Made by a program: the position numbers and the translations under genes
In this document: one piece after another, positions 15,511 through 29,399 of the stretch
Layout of the letters: the number at the start of each line of letters is the position of its first letter
How positions within the stretch are numbered: position 1 is the stretch's first letter
From: Balanoglossus misakiensis
Lineage: Eukaryota; Animalia; Hemichordata
DNA length: 64,000 nt
Reading direction: 5' to 3'
Assembly: GCA_040954595.2 (NCBI GenBank)
Contig: CM082589.2
Coordinates: 10,490,894-10,554,893, forward strand
Notes under the pieces: generated by a model
Told to the model about the DNA's origin: nothing
Databases searched by the model: none
Seen by the model: only the letters and a program-made list of their open reading frames with translations

Positions 15511-18349
15511 ATGTGTTCAGCGCATCACAACAGAATTTTGTAAATGAACGAGGCTGTGTTTGGAAACAACCATGGAAATTTTACAACTATCCGTCGATCT
15601 ACGGAGTCTGGTGGAAAACTTTCTTATGCGCATAGGCCTATTACGTGCTCTGCGCCTCACAACAGAATTCGGTAAATAAACGAGGCTGTTTGGAAGCAAC
15701 CATGGACATTTTAGAACTATCCGTCGATCTACAGAGTCTAGTGGAAAAATGTCTTATGCGCATAGGCCTGTCATGTGTTCTGCGCCTCACAACAGAAATC
15801 GGTAAATAAACGAGGCTGTTTGGAAGCAACCATGGAAATTGTACAACTATCCGTCGATCTACAGAGTCTAGTGGAAAACGTTCTTATGCGCATAGGCCTA
15901 TCTATGTGTTATGCGCATCACAACAGAAATCGGTAAATAAACGAGGCTGTATTTTGAAGCAACCATGAAATTTAACAACTATCCGTCGATCTACAGAGTC
16001 TGGTGGAAAACTTCCTTATGCGCATAGACCTATTACGTGTTCTGCGCCTCACAACAGAATTCCGTAAATAAACGATGCTGTTTGGAAGCAACCATGGAAA
16101 TTGTACAACTATCCGTCGATCTACAGAGTCTAGTGGAAAACGTTCTTATGCGCATAGGCCTATCTATGTGTTATGCGCATCTCAACAGAAATCGGTAAAT
16201 AAACGAGGCTGTGTTTGGAAGCAACCATGGACATTTTAGAACTATCTACAGAGTCTATAGTGGAAAACTTTCTTATGCACATATGCCTATCTATGTGTTC
16301 TGCGCCTCACAACAGAAATCGGTAAATAAACGAGGCTGTTTAAAAGCAACCATGGAAATTTTACAGCTATCCGTCGATCTACAGAGTCTAGTGGAAACGT
16401 TCTTATGCGCATAGGCCTATATATGTGTTCTGCGCATCACAACAGAATTTTGTAAACAAACGAGGCTGTGTTTGGAAGCAACCATGGACATTTTAGAACT
16501 ATCTCTCGATCTACAGAGTCTATAGTGGAAAACTTTCTTATGCACATATGCCTATCTATGTGTTCTGCGCCTCACAACAGAATTCGGTAAATAAACGAGG
16601 CTGTTTGGAAGCAACCATGGAAATTTTACAACTATCCGTCGATCTACAGAGTCTAGTGGAAAACGTTATTATGCGCATAGGCCTATATATGTGTTCTGCG
16701 CATCACAACAGAATTTTGTAAACAAACGAGGCTGTGTTTGGAAGCAACCATGGAAATTTTAGAACTATCTCTCGATCTACAGAGTCTAGTGGAAATCTTT
16801 ATTATGCACATATGCCTATCTATGTGTTCTGCGCATCACAACAGAAATCGGTAAATAAACGAGGCTGTTTGGAAGCAACCATGGAAATTTTACAACTATC
16901 CGTCGATCTACAGAGTCTGGTGGAAAACTTTCTTATGCGCATAGGCATATGTATGTGTTCTACGCATCACAACAGAATTCGGTAAATAAACGAGGCTGTT
17001 TGGAAACAACCATGGAAATTTTTGAACTATCCGTTGATCTAAAGTTGAAAAGTTTTTTATGCGCATAGGCCTATCTATGTGTTCTGCGCCTCACAACAGA
17101 AATCGGTAAATAAACGAGGCTGTTTGGAAGCAACCATGGAAATTTTACAACTATCTCTCGATCTACAGAGTCTATAGTTGAAAACTTTCTTATTCACATA
17201 TGCCTATCTATGTGTTCTGCGCCTCAAAACAGAATTCCGCAAATAAACGAGGCTGTTTGGAAGCAAACATGGAAGTTTTAGAACTATCTCTCGATCTACA
17301 GTGTATAGTGGAAAACGTTCATATGCGCATAGGCCTATCTATGTGTTCTGCGCATCACAACAGAATTTTGTAAACAATCGAGGATGTGTTTGGAAGCAAT
17401 CATGGAAATTTTAGAACTATCCGTCGATCTACAGAGTCTAGTGGAAACTTTCTTATGCGCATAGGCATATGTATGTGTTCAGCGCATCACAACAGAATTT
17501 TGTAAATGAACGAGGCTGTGTTTGGAAACAACCATGGAAATTTTACAACTATCCGTCGATCTACGGAGTCTGGTGGAAAACTTTCTTATGCGCATAGGCC
17601 TATTACGTGCTCTGCGCCTCACAACAGAATTCGGTAAATAAACGAGGCTGTTTGGAAGCAACCATGGAAATTTTAGAACTATCCGTCGATCTACAGAGTC
17701 TAGTGGAAAAATGTCTTATGCGCATAGGCCTATCATGTGTTCTGCGCCTCACAACAGAAATCGGTAAATAAACGAGGCTGTTTGGAAGCAACCATGGAAA
17801 TTGTACAACTATCCGTCGATCTACAGAGTCTAGTGGAAAACGTTCTTATGCGCATAGGCCTATCTATGTGTTATGCGCATCACAACAGAAATCGGTAAAT
17901 AAACGAGGCTGTATTTGGAAGCAACCATGAAATTTTACAACTATCCGTCGATCTACAGAGTCTGGTGGAAAACTTCCTTATGCGCATAGACCTATTACGT
18001 GTTCTGCGCCTCACAACAGAATTCGGTAAATAAACGATGCTGTTTGGAAGCAACCATGGAAATTGTACAACTATCCGTCGATCTACAGAGTCTAGTGGAA
18101 AACGTTCTTATGCGCATAGGCCTATCTATGTGTTATGCGCATCACAACAGAAATCGGTAAATAAACGAGGCTGTGTTTGGAAGCAACCATGGACATTTTA
18201 GAACTATCTCTCGATCTACAGAGTCTGTAGTGGAAAACTTTCTTATGCACATATGCCTATCTATGTGTTCTGCGCCTCACAACAGAATTCGGTAAATAAA
18301 CGAGGCTGTTTGGAAGCAACCATGGAAATTTTACAGCTATCCGTCGATC

Positions 18350-21300
18350 TACAGAGTCTAGTGGAAACGTTCTTATGCGCATAGGCCTATATATGTGTTC
18401 TGCGCATCACAACAGAATTTTGTAAACAAACGAGGCTGTGTTTGGAAGCAACCATGGACATTTTAGAACTATCTCTCGATCTACAGAGTCTATAGTGGAA
18501 AACTTTCTTATGCACATATGCCTATCTATGTGTTCTGCGCCTCACAACAGAATTCGGTAAATAAACGAGGCTGTTTGGAAGCAACCATGGAAATTTTACA
18601 ACTATCCGTCGATCTACAGAGTCTAGTGGAAAACGTTATTATGCGCATAGGCCTATATATGTGTTCTGCGCATCACAACAGAATTTTGTAAACAAACGAG
18701 GCTGTGTTTGGAAGCAACCATGGAAATTTTAGAACTATCTCTCGATCTACAGAGTCTAGTGGAAAACTTTATTATGCACATATGCCTATCTATGTGTTCT
18801 GCGCATCACAACAGAAATCGGTAAATAAACGAGGCTGTTTGGAAGCAACCATGGAAATTTTACAACTATCCGTCGATCTACAGAGTCTGGTGGAAAACTT
18901 TCTTATGCGCATAGGCCTATTACGTGCTCTGCGCCTCACAACAGAATTCGGTAAATAAACGAGGCTGTTTGGAAGCAACCATGGACATTGTACAACTATC
19001 CGTCGATCTACAAAGTCTAGTGGAAACGTTCTTATGCGCATAGGCCTATCAATGTGTTATGCGCATCACAACAGAAATCGGTAAATAAACGAGGCTGTAT
19101 TTGGAAGCAACCATGAAATTTTACAACTATCCGTCGATCTACAGAGTCTAGTGGAAAAATGTCTCATGCGCATAGGCCTATCATGTGTTCTGCGCCTCAC
19201 AACAGAAATCGGTAAATAAACGAGGCTGTTTGGAAGCAACCATGGAAATTTTACAGCTATCCGTCGATCTACAGAGTCTAGTGGAAAACGTTCTTATGCG
19301 CATAGGCCTATCTATGTGTTATGCGCATCACAACAGAAATCGGTAAATAAACGAGGCTGTGTTTGGAAGCAACCATGGACATTTTAGAACTATCTCTCGA
19401 TCTACAGAGTCTGTAGTGGAAAACTTTCTTATGCACATATGCCTATCTATGTGTTCTGCGCCTCACAACAGAATTCGGTAAATAAACGAGGCTGTTTGGA
19501 AGCAACCATGGAAATTTTACAGCTATCCGTCGATCTACAGAGTCTAGTGGAAAACGTTATTATGCGCATAGGCCTATATATGTGTTCTGCGCATCACAAC
19601 AGAATTTTGTAAACAAACGAGGCTGTGTTTGGAAGCAACCATGGACATTTTAGAACTATCTCTCGATCTACAGAGTCTATAGTGGAAAACTTTCTTATGC
19701 ACATATGCCTATCTATGTGTTCTGCGCCTCACAACAGAATTCGGTAAATAAACGAGGCTGTTTGGAAGCAACCATGGAAATTTTACAACTATCCGTCGAT
19801 CTACAGAGTCTAGTGGAAAACGTTATTATGCGCATAGGCCTATATATGTGTTCTGCGCATCACAACAGAATTTTGTAAACAAACGAGGCTGTGTTTGGAA
19901 GCAACCATGGAAATTTTAGAACTATCTCTCGATCTACAGAGTCTAGTGGAAAACTTTATTATGCACATATGCCTATCTATGTGTTCTGCGCATCACAACA
20001 GAAATCGGTAAATAAACGAGGCTGTTTGGAAGCAACCATGGAAATTTTACAACTATCCGTCGATCTACAGAGTCTGGTGGAAAACTTTCTTATGCGCATA
20101 GGCCTATTACGTGCTCTGCGCCTCACAACAGAATTCGGTAAATAAACGAGGCTGTTTGGAAGCAACCATGGAAATTTTAGAACTATCCGTCGATCTACAG
20201 AGTCTAGTGGAAAAATGTCTTATGCGCATAGGCCTATCATGTGTTCTGCGCCTCACAACAGAAATCGGTAAATAAACGAGGCTGTTTGGAAGCAACCATG
20301 GAAATTTTAGAACTATCCGTCGATCTACAGAGTCTAGTGGAAAACGTTATTATGCGCATAGGCCTATATATGTGTTCTGCGCATCACAACAGAATTTTGT
20401 AAACAAACGAGGCTGTGTTTGGAAGCAACCATGGAAATTTTAGAACTATCTCTCGATCTACAGAGTCTAGTGGAAAACTTTATTATGCACATATGCCTAT
20501 CTATGTGTTCTGCGCATCACAACAGAAATCGGTAAATAAACGAGGCTGTTTGGAAGCAACCATGGAAATTTTACAACTATCCGTCGATCTACAGAGTCTG
20601 GTGGAAAACTTTCTTATGCGCATAGGCCTATTACGTGCTCTGCGCCTCACAACAGAATTCGGTAAATAAACGAGGCTGTTTGGAAGCAACCATGGAAATT
20701 TTAGAACTATCCGTCGATCTACAGAGTCTAGTGGAAAAATGTCTTATGCGCATAGGCCTATCATGTGTTCTGCGCCTCACAACAGAAATCGGTAAATAAA
20801 CGAGGCTGTTTGGAAGCAACCATGGAAATTGTACAACTATCCGTCGATCTAAAGAGTCTAGTGGAAAACGTTCTTATGCGCATAGGCCTATCTATGTGTT
20901 ATGCGCATCACAACAGAAATCGGTAAATAAACGAGGCTGTATTTGGAAGCAACCATGAAATTTTACAACTATCCGTCGATCTACAGAGTCTGGTGGAAAA
21001 CTTCCTTATGCGCATAGACCTATTACGTGTTCTGCGCCTCACAACAGAATTCGGTAAATAAACGAGGCTGTTTGGAAGCAACCATGGACATTGTAGAACT
21101 ATCCGTCGATCTACAAAGTCTAGTGGAAACGTTCTTATGCGCATAGGCCTATCAATGTGTTATGCGCATCACAACAGAAATCGGTAAATAAACGAGGCTG
21201 TATTTGGAAGCAACCATGAAATTTTACAACTATCCGTCGATCTACAGAGTCTAGTGGAAAAATGTCTCATGCGCATAGGCCTATCATGTGTTCTGCGCCT

Positions 21301-24300
21301 CACAACAGAAATCGGTAAATAAACGAGGCTGTTTGGAAGCAACCATGGAAATTTTACAGCTATCCGTCGATCTACAGAGTCTAGTGGAAAAATGTCTCAT
21401 GCGCATAGGCCTATCATGTGTTCTGCGCCTCACAACAGAAATCGGTAAATAAACGAGGCTGTTTGGAAGCAACCATGGAAATTTTACAGCTATCCGTCGA
21501 TCTACAGAGTCTAGTGGAAACGTTCTTATGCGCATAGGCCTATATATGTGTTCTGCGCATCACAACAGAATTTTGTAAACAAACGAGGCTGTGTTTGGTA
21601 GCAACCATGGACATTTTAGAACTATCTCTCGATCTACAGAGTCTATAGTGGAAAACTTTCTTATGCACATATGCCTATCTATGTGTTCTGCGCCTCACAA
21701 CAGAATTCGGTAAATAAACGAGGCTGTTTGGAAGCAACCATGGAAATTTTACAACTATCCGTCGATCTACAGAGTCTAGTGGAAAACGTTATTATGCGCA
21801 TAGGCCTATATATGTGTTCTGCGCATCACAACAGAATTTTGTAAACAAACGAGGCTGTGTTTGGAAGCAACCATGGAAATTTTAGAACTATCTCTCGATC
21901 TACAGAGTCTAGTGGAAAACTTTATTATGCACATATGCCTATCTATGTGTTCTGCGCATCACAACAGAAATCGGTAAATAAACGAGGCTGTTTGGAAGCA
22001 ACCATGGAAATTTTACAACTATCCGTCGATCTACAGAGTCTGGTGGAAAACTTTCTTATGCGCATAGGCCTATTACGTGCTCTGCGCCTCACAACAGAAT
22101 TCGGTAAATAAACGAGGCTGTTTGGAAGCAACCATGGACATTGTACAACTATCCGTCGATCTACAAAGTCTAGTGGAAACGTTCTTATGCGCATAGGCCT
22201 ATCAATGTGTTATGCGCATCACAACAGAAATCGGTAAATAAACGAGGCTGTATTTGGAAGCAACCATGAAATTTTACAACTATCCGTCGATCTACAGAGT
22301 CTAGTGGAAAAATGTCTCATGCGCATAGGCCTATCATGTGTTCTGCGCCTCACAACAGAAATCGGTAAATAAACGAGGCTGTTTGGAAGCAACCATGGAA
22401 ATTTTACAGCTATCCGTCGATCTACAGAGTCTAGTGGAAAACGTTCTTATGCGCATAGGCCTATCTATGTGTTATGCGCATCACAACAGAAATCGGTAAA
22501 TAAACGAGGCTGTGTTTGGAAGCAACCATGGACATTTTAGAACTATCTCTCGATCTACAGAGTCTGTAGTGGAAAACTTTCTTATGCACATATGCCTATC
22601 TATGTGTTCTGCGCCTCACAACAGAATTCGGTAAATAAACGAGGCTGTTTGGAAGCAACCATGGAAATTTTACAGCTATCCGTCGATCTACAGAGTCTAG
22701 TGGAAAACGTTATTATGCGCATAGGCCTATATATGTGTTCTGCGCATCACAACAGAATTTTGTAAACAAACGAGGCTGTGTTTGGAAGCAACCATGGACA
22801 TTTTAGAACTATCTCTCGATCTACAGAGTCTATAGTGGAAAACTTTCTTATGCACATATGCCTATCTATGTGTTCTGCGCCTCACAACAGAATTCGGTAA
22901 ATAAACGAGGCTGTTTGGAAGCAACCATGGAAATTTTACAACTATCCGTCGATCTACAGAGTCTAGTGGAAAACGTTATTATGCGCATAGGCCTATATAT
23001 GTGTTCTGCGCATCACAACAGAATTTTGTAAACAAACGAGGCTGTGTTTGGAAGCAACCATGGAAATTTTAGAACTATCTCTCGATCTACAGAGTCTAGT
23101 GGAAAACTTTATTATGCACATATGCCTATCTATGTGTTCTGCGCATCACAACAGAAATCGGTAAATAAACGAGGCTGTTTGGAAGCAACCATGGAAATTT
23201 TACAACTATCCGTCGATCTACAGAGTCTGGTGGAAAACTTTCTTATGCGCATAGGCCTATTACGTGCTCTGCGCCTCACAACAGAATTCGGTAAATAAAC
23301 GAGGCTGTTTGGAAGCAACCATGGAAATTTTAGAACTATCCGTCGATCTACAGAGTCTAGTGGAAAAATGTCTTATGCGCATAGGCCTATCATGTGTTCT
23401 GCGCCTCACAACAGAAATCGGTAAATAAACGAGGCTGTTTGGAAGCAACCATGGAAATTGTACAACTATCCGTCGATCTAAAGAGTCTAGTGGAAAACGT
23501 TCTTATGCGCATAGGCCTATCTATGTGTTATGCGCATCACAACAGAAATCGGTAAATAAACGAGGCTGTATTTGGAAGCAACCATGAAATTTTACAACTA
23601 TCCGTCGATCTACAGAGTCTGGTGGAAAACTTCCTTATGCGCATAGACCTATTACGTGTTCTGCGCCTCACAACAGAATTCGGTAAATAAACGAGGCTGT
23701 TTGGAAGCAACCATGGACATTGTAGAACTATCCGTCGATCTACAAAGTCTAGTGGAAACGTTCTTATGCGCATAGGCCTATCAATGTGTTATGCGCATCA
23801 CAACAGAAATCGGTAAATAAACGAGGCTGTATTTGGAAGCAACCATGAAATTTTACAACTATCCGTCGATCTACAGAGTCTAGTGGAAAAATGTCTCATG
23901 CGCATAGGCCTATCATGTGTTCTGCGCCTCACAACAGAAATCGGTAAATAAACGAGGCTGTTTGGAAGCAACCATGGAAATTTTACAGCTATCCGTCGAT
24001 CTACAGAGTCTAGTGGAAAAATGTCTCATGCGCATAGGCCTATCATGTGTTCTGCGCCTCACAACAGAAATCGGTAAATAAACGAGGCTGTTTGGAAGCA
24101 ACCATGGAAATTTTACAGCTATCCGTCGATCTACAGAGTCTAGTGGAAACGTTCTTATGCGCATAGGCCTATATATGTGTTCTGCGCATCACAACAGAAT
24201 TTTGTAAACAAACGAGGCTGTGTTTGGTAGCAACCATGGACATTTTAGAACTATCTCTCGATCTACAGAGTCTATAGTGGAAAACTTTCTTATGCACATA

Positions 24301-24500
24301 TGCCTATCTATGTGTTCTGCGCCTCACAACAGAATTCGGTAAATAAACGAGGCTGTTTGGAAGCAACCATGGAAATTTTACAACTATCCGTCGATCTACA
24401 GAGTCTAGTGGAAAACGTTATTATGCGCATAGGCCTATATATGTGTTCTGCGCATCACAACAGAATTTTGTAAACAAACGAGGCTGTGTTTGGAAGCAAC
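18350..24500 (+). repeat. Higher-order duplications, offsets 3153 and 2629 bp, with internal 1187 and 524 bp sub-duplications; boundaries approximate
   Basis: ORF pairs 18704/21857 and 19891/23044 (3153); 20908/23537 and 21284/23913 (2629); 18704/19891 (1187); 19891/20415 (524). Confidence 0.9.
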
Positions 24501-26719
24501 CATGGACATTTTAGAACTATCTCTCGATCTACAGAGTCTATAGTGGAAAACTTTCTTATGCACATAGGCCTATCAATGTGTTCTGTGCCTCACAACAGAA
24601 TTCGGTAAATAAACGAGGCTGTTTGGAAGCAACCATGGAAATTTTAGAACTATCCGTCGATCTACAGAGTCTAGTGGAAAACGTTCTTATGCGCATAGGC
24701 CTATATATGTGTTCTGCGCATCACAACAGAATTTTGTAAACAAACGAGGCTGTGTTTGGAAGCAACCATGGAAATTTTAGAACTATCTCTCGATGTACAG
24801 AGTCTATAGTGGAAAACTTTCTTATGCACATATGCCTATCTATGTGTTCTGCGCCTCAAAACAGAATTCCGTCAATAAACGAGGCTGTTTGGAAGCAACC
24901 ATGGACATTTTAGAACTATTCGTCGATCTACGGAGTCTAGTGGAAAACTTTCTTATGCGCATAGGCATATGTATGTGTTCTACGCATCACAACAGAATTC
25001 GGTAAATAAACGAGGCTGTTTGGAAACAACCATGGAAATTTTTGAACTATCCGTTGATCTAAAGTTGAAAAGTTTTTTATGCGCATAGGCCTATCTATGT
25101 GTTCTGCGCCTCACAACAGAAATCGGTAAATAAACGAGGCTGTTTGGAAGCAACCATGGATATTTTACAACTATCTCTCGATCTACAGAGTCTATAGTGG
25201 AAAACTTTCTTATTCACATATGCCTATCTATGTGTTCTGCGCCTCAAAACAGAATTCCGCAAATAAACGAGGCTGTTTGGAAGCAAACATGGAAGTTTTA
25301 GAACTATCTCTGGATCTACAGTGTATAGTGGAAAACGTTCATATGCGCACAGGCCTATCTATGTGTTCTGCGCATCACAACAGAATTTTGTAAACAATCG
25401 AGGATGTGTTTGGAAGAAATCATGGAAATTTTAGAACTATCCGTCGATCTACAGAGTCTAGTGGAAAACGTTCTTATGCGCATAGGCCTATCTATGTGTT
25501 ATGCGCATCACAACAGAAATCGGTAAATAAACGAGGCTGTGTTTGGAAGCAACCATGGACATTTTAGAACTATCTCTCGATCTACAGAGTCTATAGTGGA
25601 AAACTTTCTTATGCACATATGCCTATCTATGTGTTCTGCGCCTCACAACAGAAATCGGTAAATAAACGAGGCTGTTTAAAAGCAACCATGGAAATTTTAC
25701 AGCTATCCGTCGATCTACAGAGTCTAGTGGAAACGTTCTTATGCGCATAGGCCTATATATGTGTTCTGCGCATCATAACAGAATTTTGTAAACAAACGAG
25801 GCTGTGTTTGGGAGCAACCATGGACATTTTAGAACTATCTCTCGATCTACAGAGTCTATAGTGGAAAACTTTCTTATGCACATATGCCTATCTATGTGTT
25901 CTGCGCCTCACAACAGAAATCGGTAAATAAACGAGGCTGTTTAAAAGCAACCATGGAAATTTTACAGCTATCCGTCGATCTACAGAGTCTAGTGGAAACG
26001 TTCTGATGCGCATAGGCCTATATATGTGTTCTGCGCATCACAACAGAATTTTGTAAACAAACGAGGCTGTGTTTGGAAGCAACCATGGACATTTTAGAAC
26101 TATCTCTCGATCTATAGAGTCTATAGTGGAAAACTTTCTTATGCACATATGCCTATCTATGTGTTCTGCGCCTCACAACAGAATTCGGTAAATAAACGAG
26201 GCTGTTTGGAAGCAACCATGGAAATTTTACAACTATCCGTCGATCTACAGAGTCTAGTGGAAAACGTTATTATGCGCATAGGCCTATATATGTGTTCTGC
26301 GCATCACAACAGAATTTTGTAAACAAACGAGGCTGTGTTTGGAAGCAACCATGGAAATTTTAGAACTATCTCTCGATCTACAGAGTCTAGTGGAAAACTT
26401 TATTATGCACATATGCCTATCTATGTGTTCTGCGCATCACAACAGAAATCGGTAAATAAACGAGGCTGTTTGGAAGCAACCATGGAAATTGTACAACTAT
26501 CCGTCGATCTACAGAGTCTGGTGGAAAACTTTCTTATGCGCATAGGCCTATTACGTGCTCTGCGCCTCACAACAGAATTCGGTAAATAAACGAGGCTGTT
26601 TGGAAGCAACCATGGAAATTTTAGAACTATCCGTCGATCTACAGAGTCTAGTGGAAAAATGTCTTATGCGCATAGGCCTATCATGTGTTCTGCGCCTCAC
26701 AACAGAATTCGGTAAATAA

Positions 26720-27930
26720 ACGAGGCTGTTTGGAAGCAACCATGGAAATTTTACAACTATCCGTCGATCTACAGAGTCTAGTGGAAAACGTTATTATGCG
26801 CATAGGCCTATATATGTGTTCTGCGCATCACAACAGAATTTTGTAAACAAACGAGGCTGTGTTTGGAAGCAACCATGGACATTTTAGAACTATCTCTCGA
26901 TCTACAGAGTCTATAGTGGAAAACTTTCTTATGCACATAGGCCTATCTATGTGTTCTGCGCCTCACAACAGAAATCGGTAAATAAACGAGGCTGTATTTG
27001 GAAGCAACCATGAAATTTTACAACTATCCGTCGATCTACAGAGTCTAGTGGAAAAATGTCTCATGCGCATAGGCCTATCATGTGTTCTGCGCCTCACAAC
27101 AGAAATCGGTAAATAAACGAGGCTGTTTGGAAGCAACCATGGAAATTTTACAACTATCCGTCGATCTACAGAGTCTAGTGGAAAACGTTATTATGCGCAT
27201 AGGCCTATATATGTGTTCTGCGCATCACAACAGAATTTTGTAAACAAACGAGGCTGTGTTTGGAAGCAACCATGGACATTTTAGAACTATCTCTCGATCT
27301 ACAGAGTCTATAGTGGAAAACTTTCTTATGCACATAGGCCTATCTATGTGTTCTGCGCCTCACAACAGAAATCGGTAAATAAACGAGGCTGTATTTGGAA
27401 GCAACCATGAAATTTTACAACTATCCGTCGATCTACAGAGTCTAGTGGAAAAATGTCTCATGCGCATAGGCCTATCATGTGTTCTGCGCCTCACAACAGA
27501 AATCGGTAAATAAACGAGGCTGTTTGGAAGCAACCATGGAAATTTTACAACTATCCGTCGATCTACAGAGTCTAGTGGAAAACGTTATTATGCGCATAGG
27601 CCTATATATGTGTTCTGCGCATCACAACAGAATTTTGTAAACAAACGAGGCTGTGTTTGGAAGCAACCATGGACATTTTAGAACTATCTCTCGATCTACA
27701 GAGTCTATAGTGGAAAACTTTCTTATGCACATAGGCCTATCTATGTGTTCTGCGCCTCACAACAGAAATCGGTAAATAAACGAGGCTGTATTTGGAAGCA
27801 ACCATGAAATTTTACAACTATCCGTCGATCTACAGAGTCTAGTGGAAAAATGTCTCATGCGCATAGGCCTATCATGTGTTCTGCGCCTCACAACAGAAAT
27901 CGGTAAATAAACGAGGCTGTTTAAAAGCAA
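26720..27930 (+). repeat. Local trimeric repeat, period 397 bp (131+131+135); recurs at ~28570-29380
   Basis: GCTGTATTTGGAAGCAACCATGAAA marker at 26991, 27388, 27785, and again at 28838, 29235. Confidence 0.88.
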
Positions 27931-29399
27931 CCATGGAAATTTTACAGCTATCCGTCGATCTACAGAGTCTAGTAGAAACGTTATTATGCACATATGCCTA
28001 TCTATGTGTTCTGCGCATCACAACAGAAATCGGTAAATAAACGAGGCTGTTTGGAAGCAACCATGGAAATTTTACAACTATCCGTCGATCTACAGAGTCT
28101 GGTGGAAAACTTTCTTATGCGCATAGGCCTATTACGTGCTCTGCGCCTCACAACAGAATTCGGTAAATAAACGAGGCTGTTTGGAAGCAACCATGGAACT
28201 TTTAGAACTATCCGTCGATCTACAGAGTCTAGTGGAAAAATGTCTTATGCGCATAGGCCTATCATGTGTTCTGCGCCTCACAACAGAAATCGGTAAATAA
28301 ACGAAGCTGTTTGGAAGCAACCATGGAAATTGTACAACTATCCGTCGATCTACAGAGTCTAGTGTAAAACGTTCTTATGCGCATAGGCCTATCTATGTGT
28401 TATGCGCATCACAACAGAAATCGGTAAATAAACGAGGCTGTGTATGGTAGCAACCATGGACATTTTAGAACTATCTCTCGATCTACAGAGTCTATAGTGG
28501 AAAACTTTCTTATGCACATATGCCTATCTATGTGTTCTGCGCCTCACAACAGAATTCGGTAAATAAACGAGGCTGTTTGGAAGCAACCATGGAAATTTTA
28601 CAACTATCCGTCGATCTACAGAGTCTAGTGGAAAACGTTATTATGCGCATAGGCCTATATATGTGTTCTGCGCATCACAACAGAATTTTGTAAACAAACG
28701 AGGCTGTGTTTGGAAGCAACCATGGACATTTTAGAACTATCTCTCGATCTACAGAGTCTATATTGGAAAACTTTCTTATGCACATAGGCCTATCTATGTG
28801 TTCTGCGCCTCACAACAGAAATCGGTAAATAAACGAGGCTGTATTTGGAAGCAACCATGAAATTTTACAACTATCCGTCGATCTACAGAGTCTAGTGGAA
28901 AAATGTCTCATGCGCATAGGCCTATCATGTGTTCTGCGCCTCACAACAGAAATCGGTAAATAAACGAGGCTGTTTGGAAGCAACCATGGAAATTTTACAA
29001 CTATCCGTCGATCTACAGAGTCTAGTGGAAAACGTTATTATGCGCATAGGCCTATATATGTGTTCTGCGCATCACAACAGAATTTTGTAAACAAACGAGG
29101 CTGTGTTTGGAAGCAACCATGGACATTTTAGAACTATCTCTCGATCTACAGAGTCTATAGTGGAAAACTTTCTTATGCACATAGGCTTATCTATGTGTTC
29201 TGCGCCTCACAACAGAAATCGGTAAATAAACGAGGCTGTATTTGGAAGCAACCATGAAATTTTACAACTATCCGTCGATCTACAGAGTCTAGTGGAAAAA
29301 TGTCTCATGCGCATAGGCCTATCATGTGTTCTGCGCCTCACAACAGAAATCGGTAAATAAACGAGGCTGTTTGGAAGCAACCATGGAAATTTTACAGCT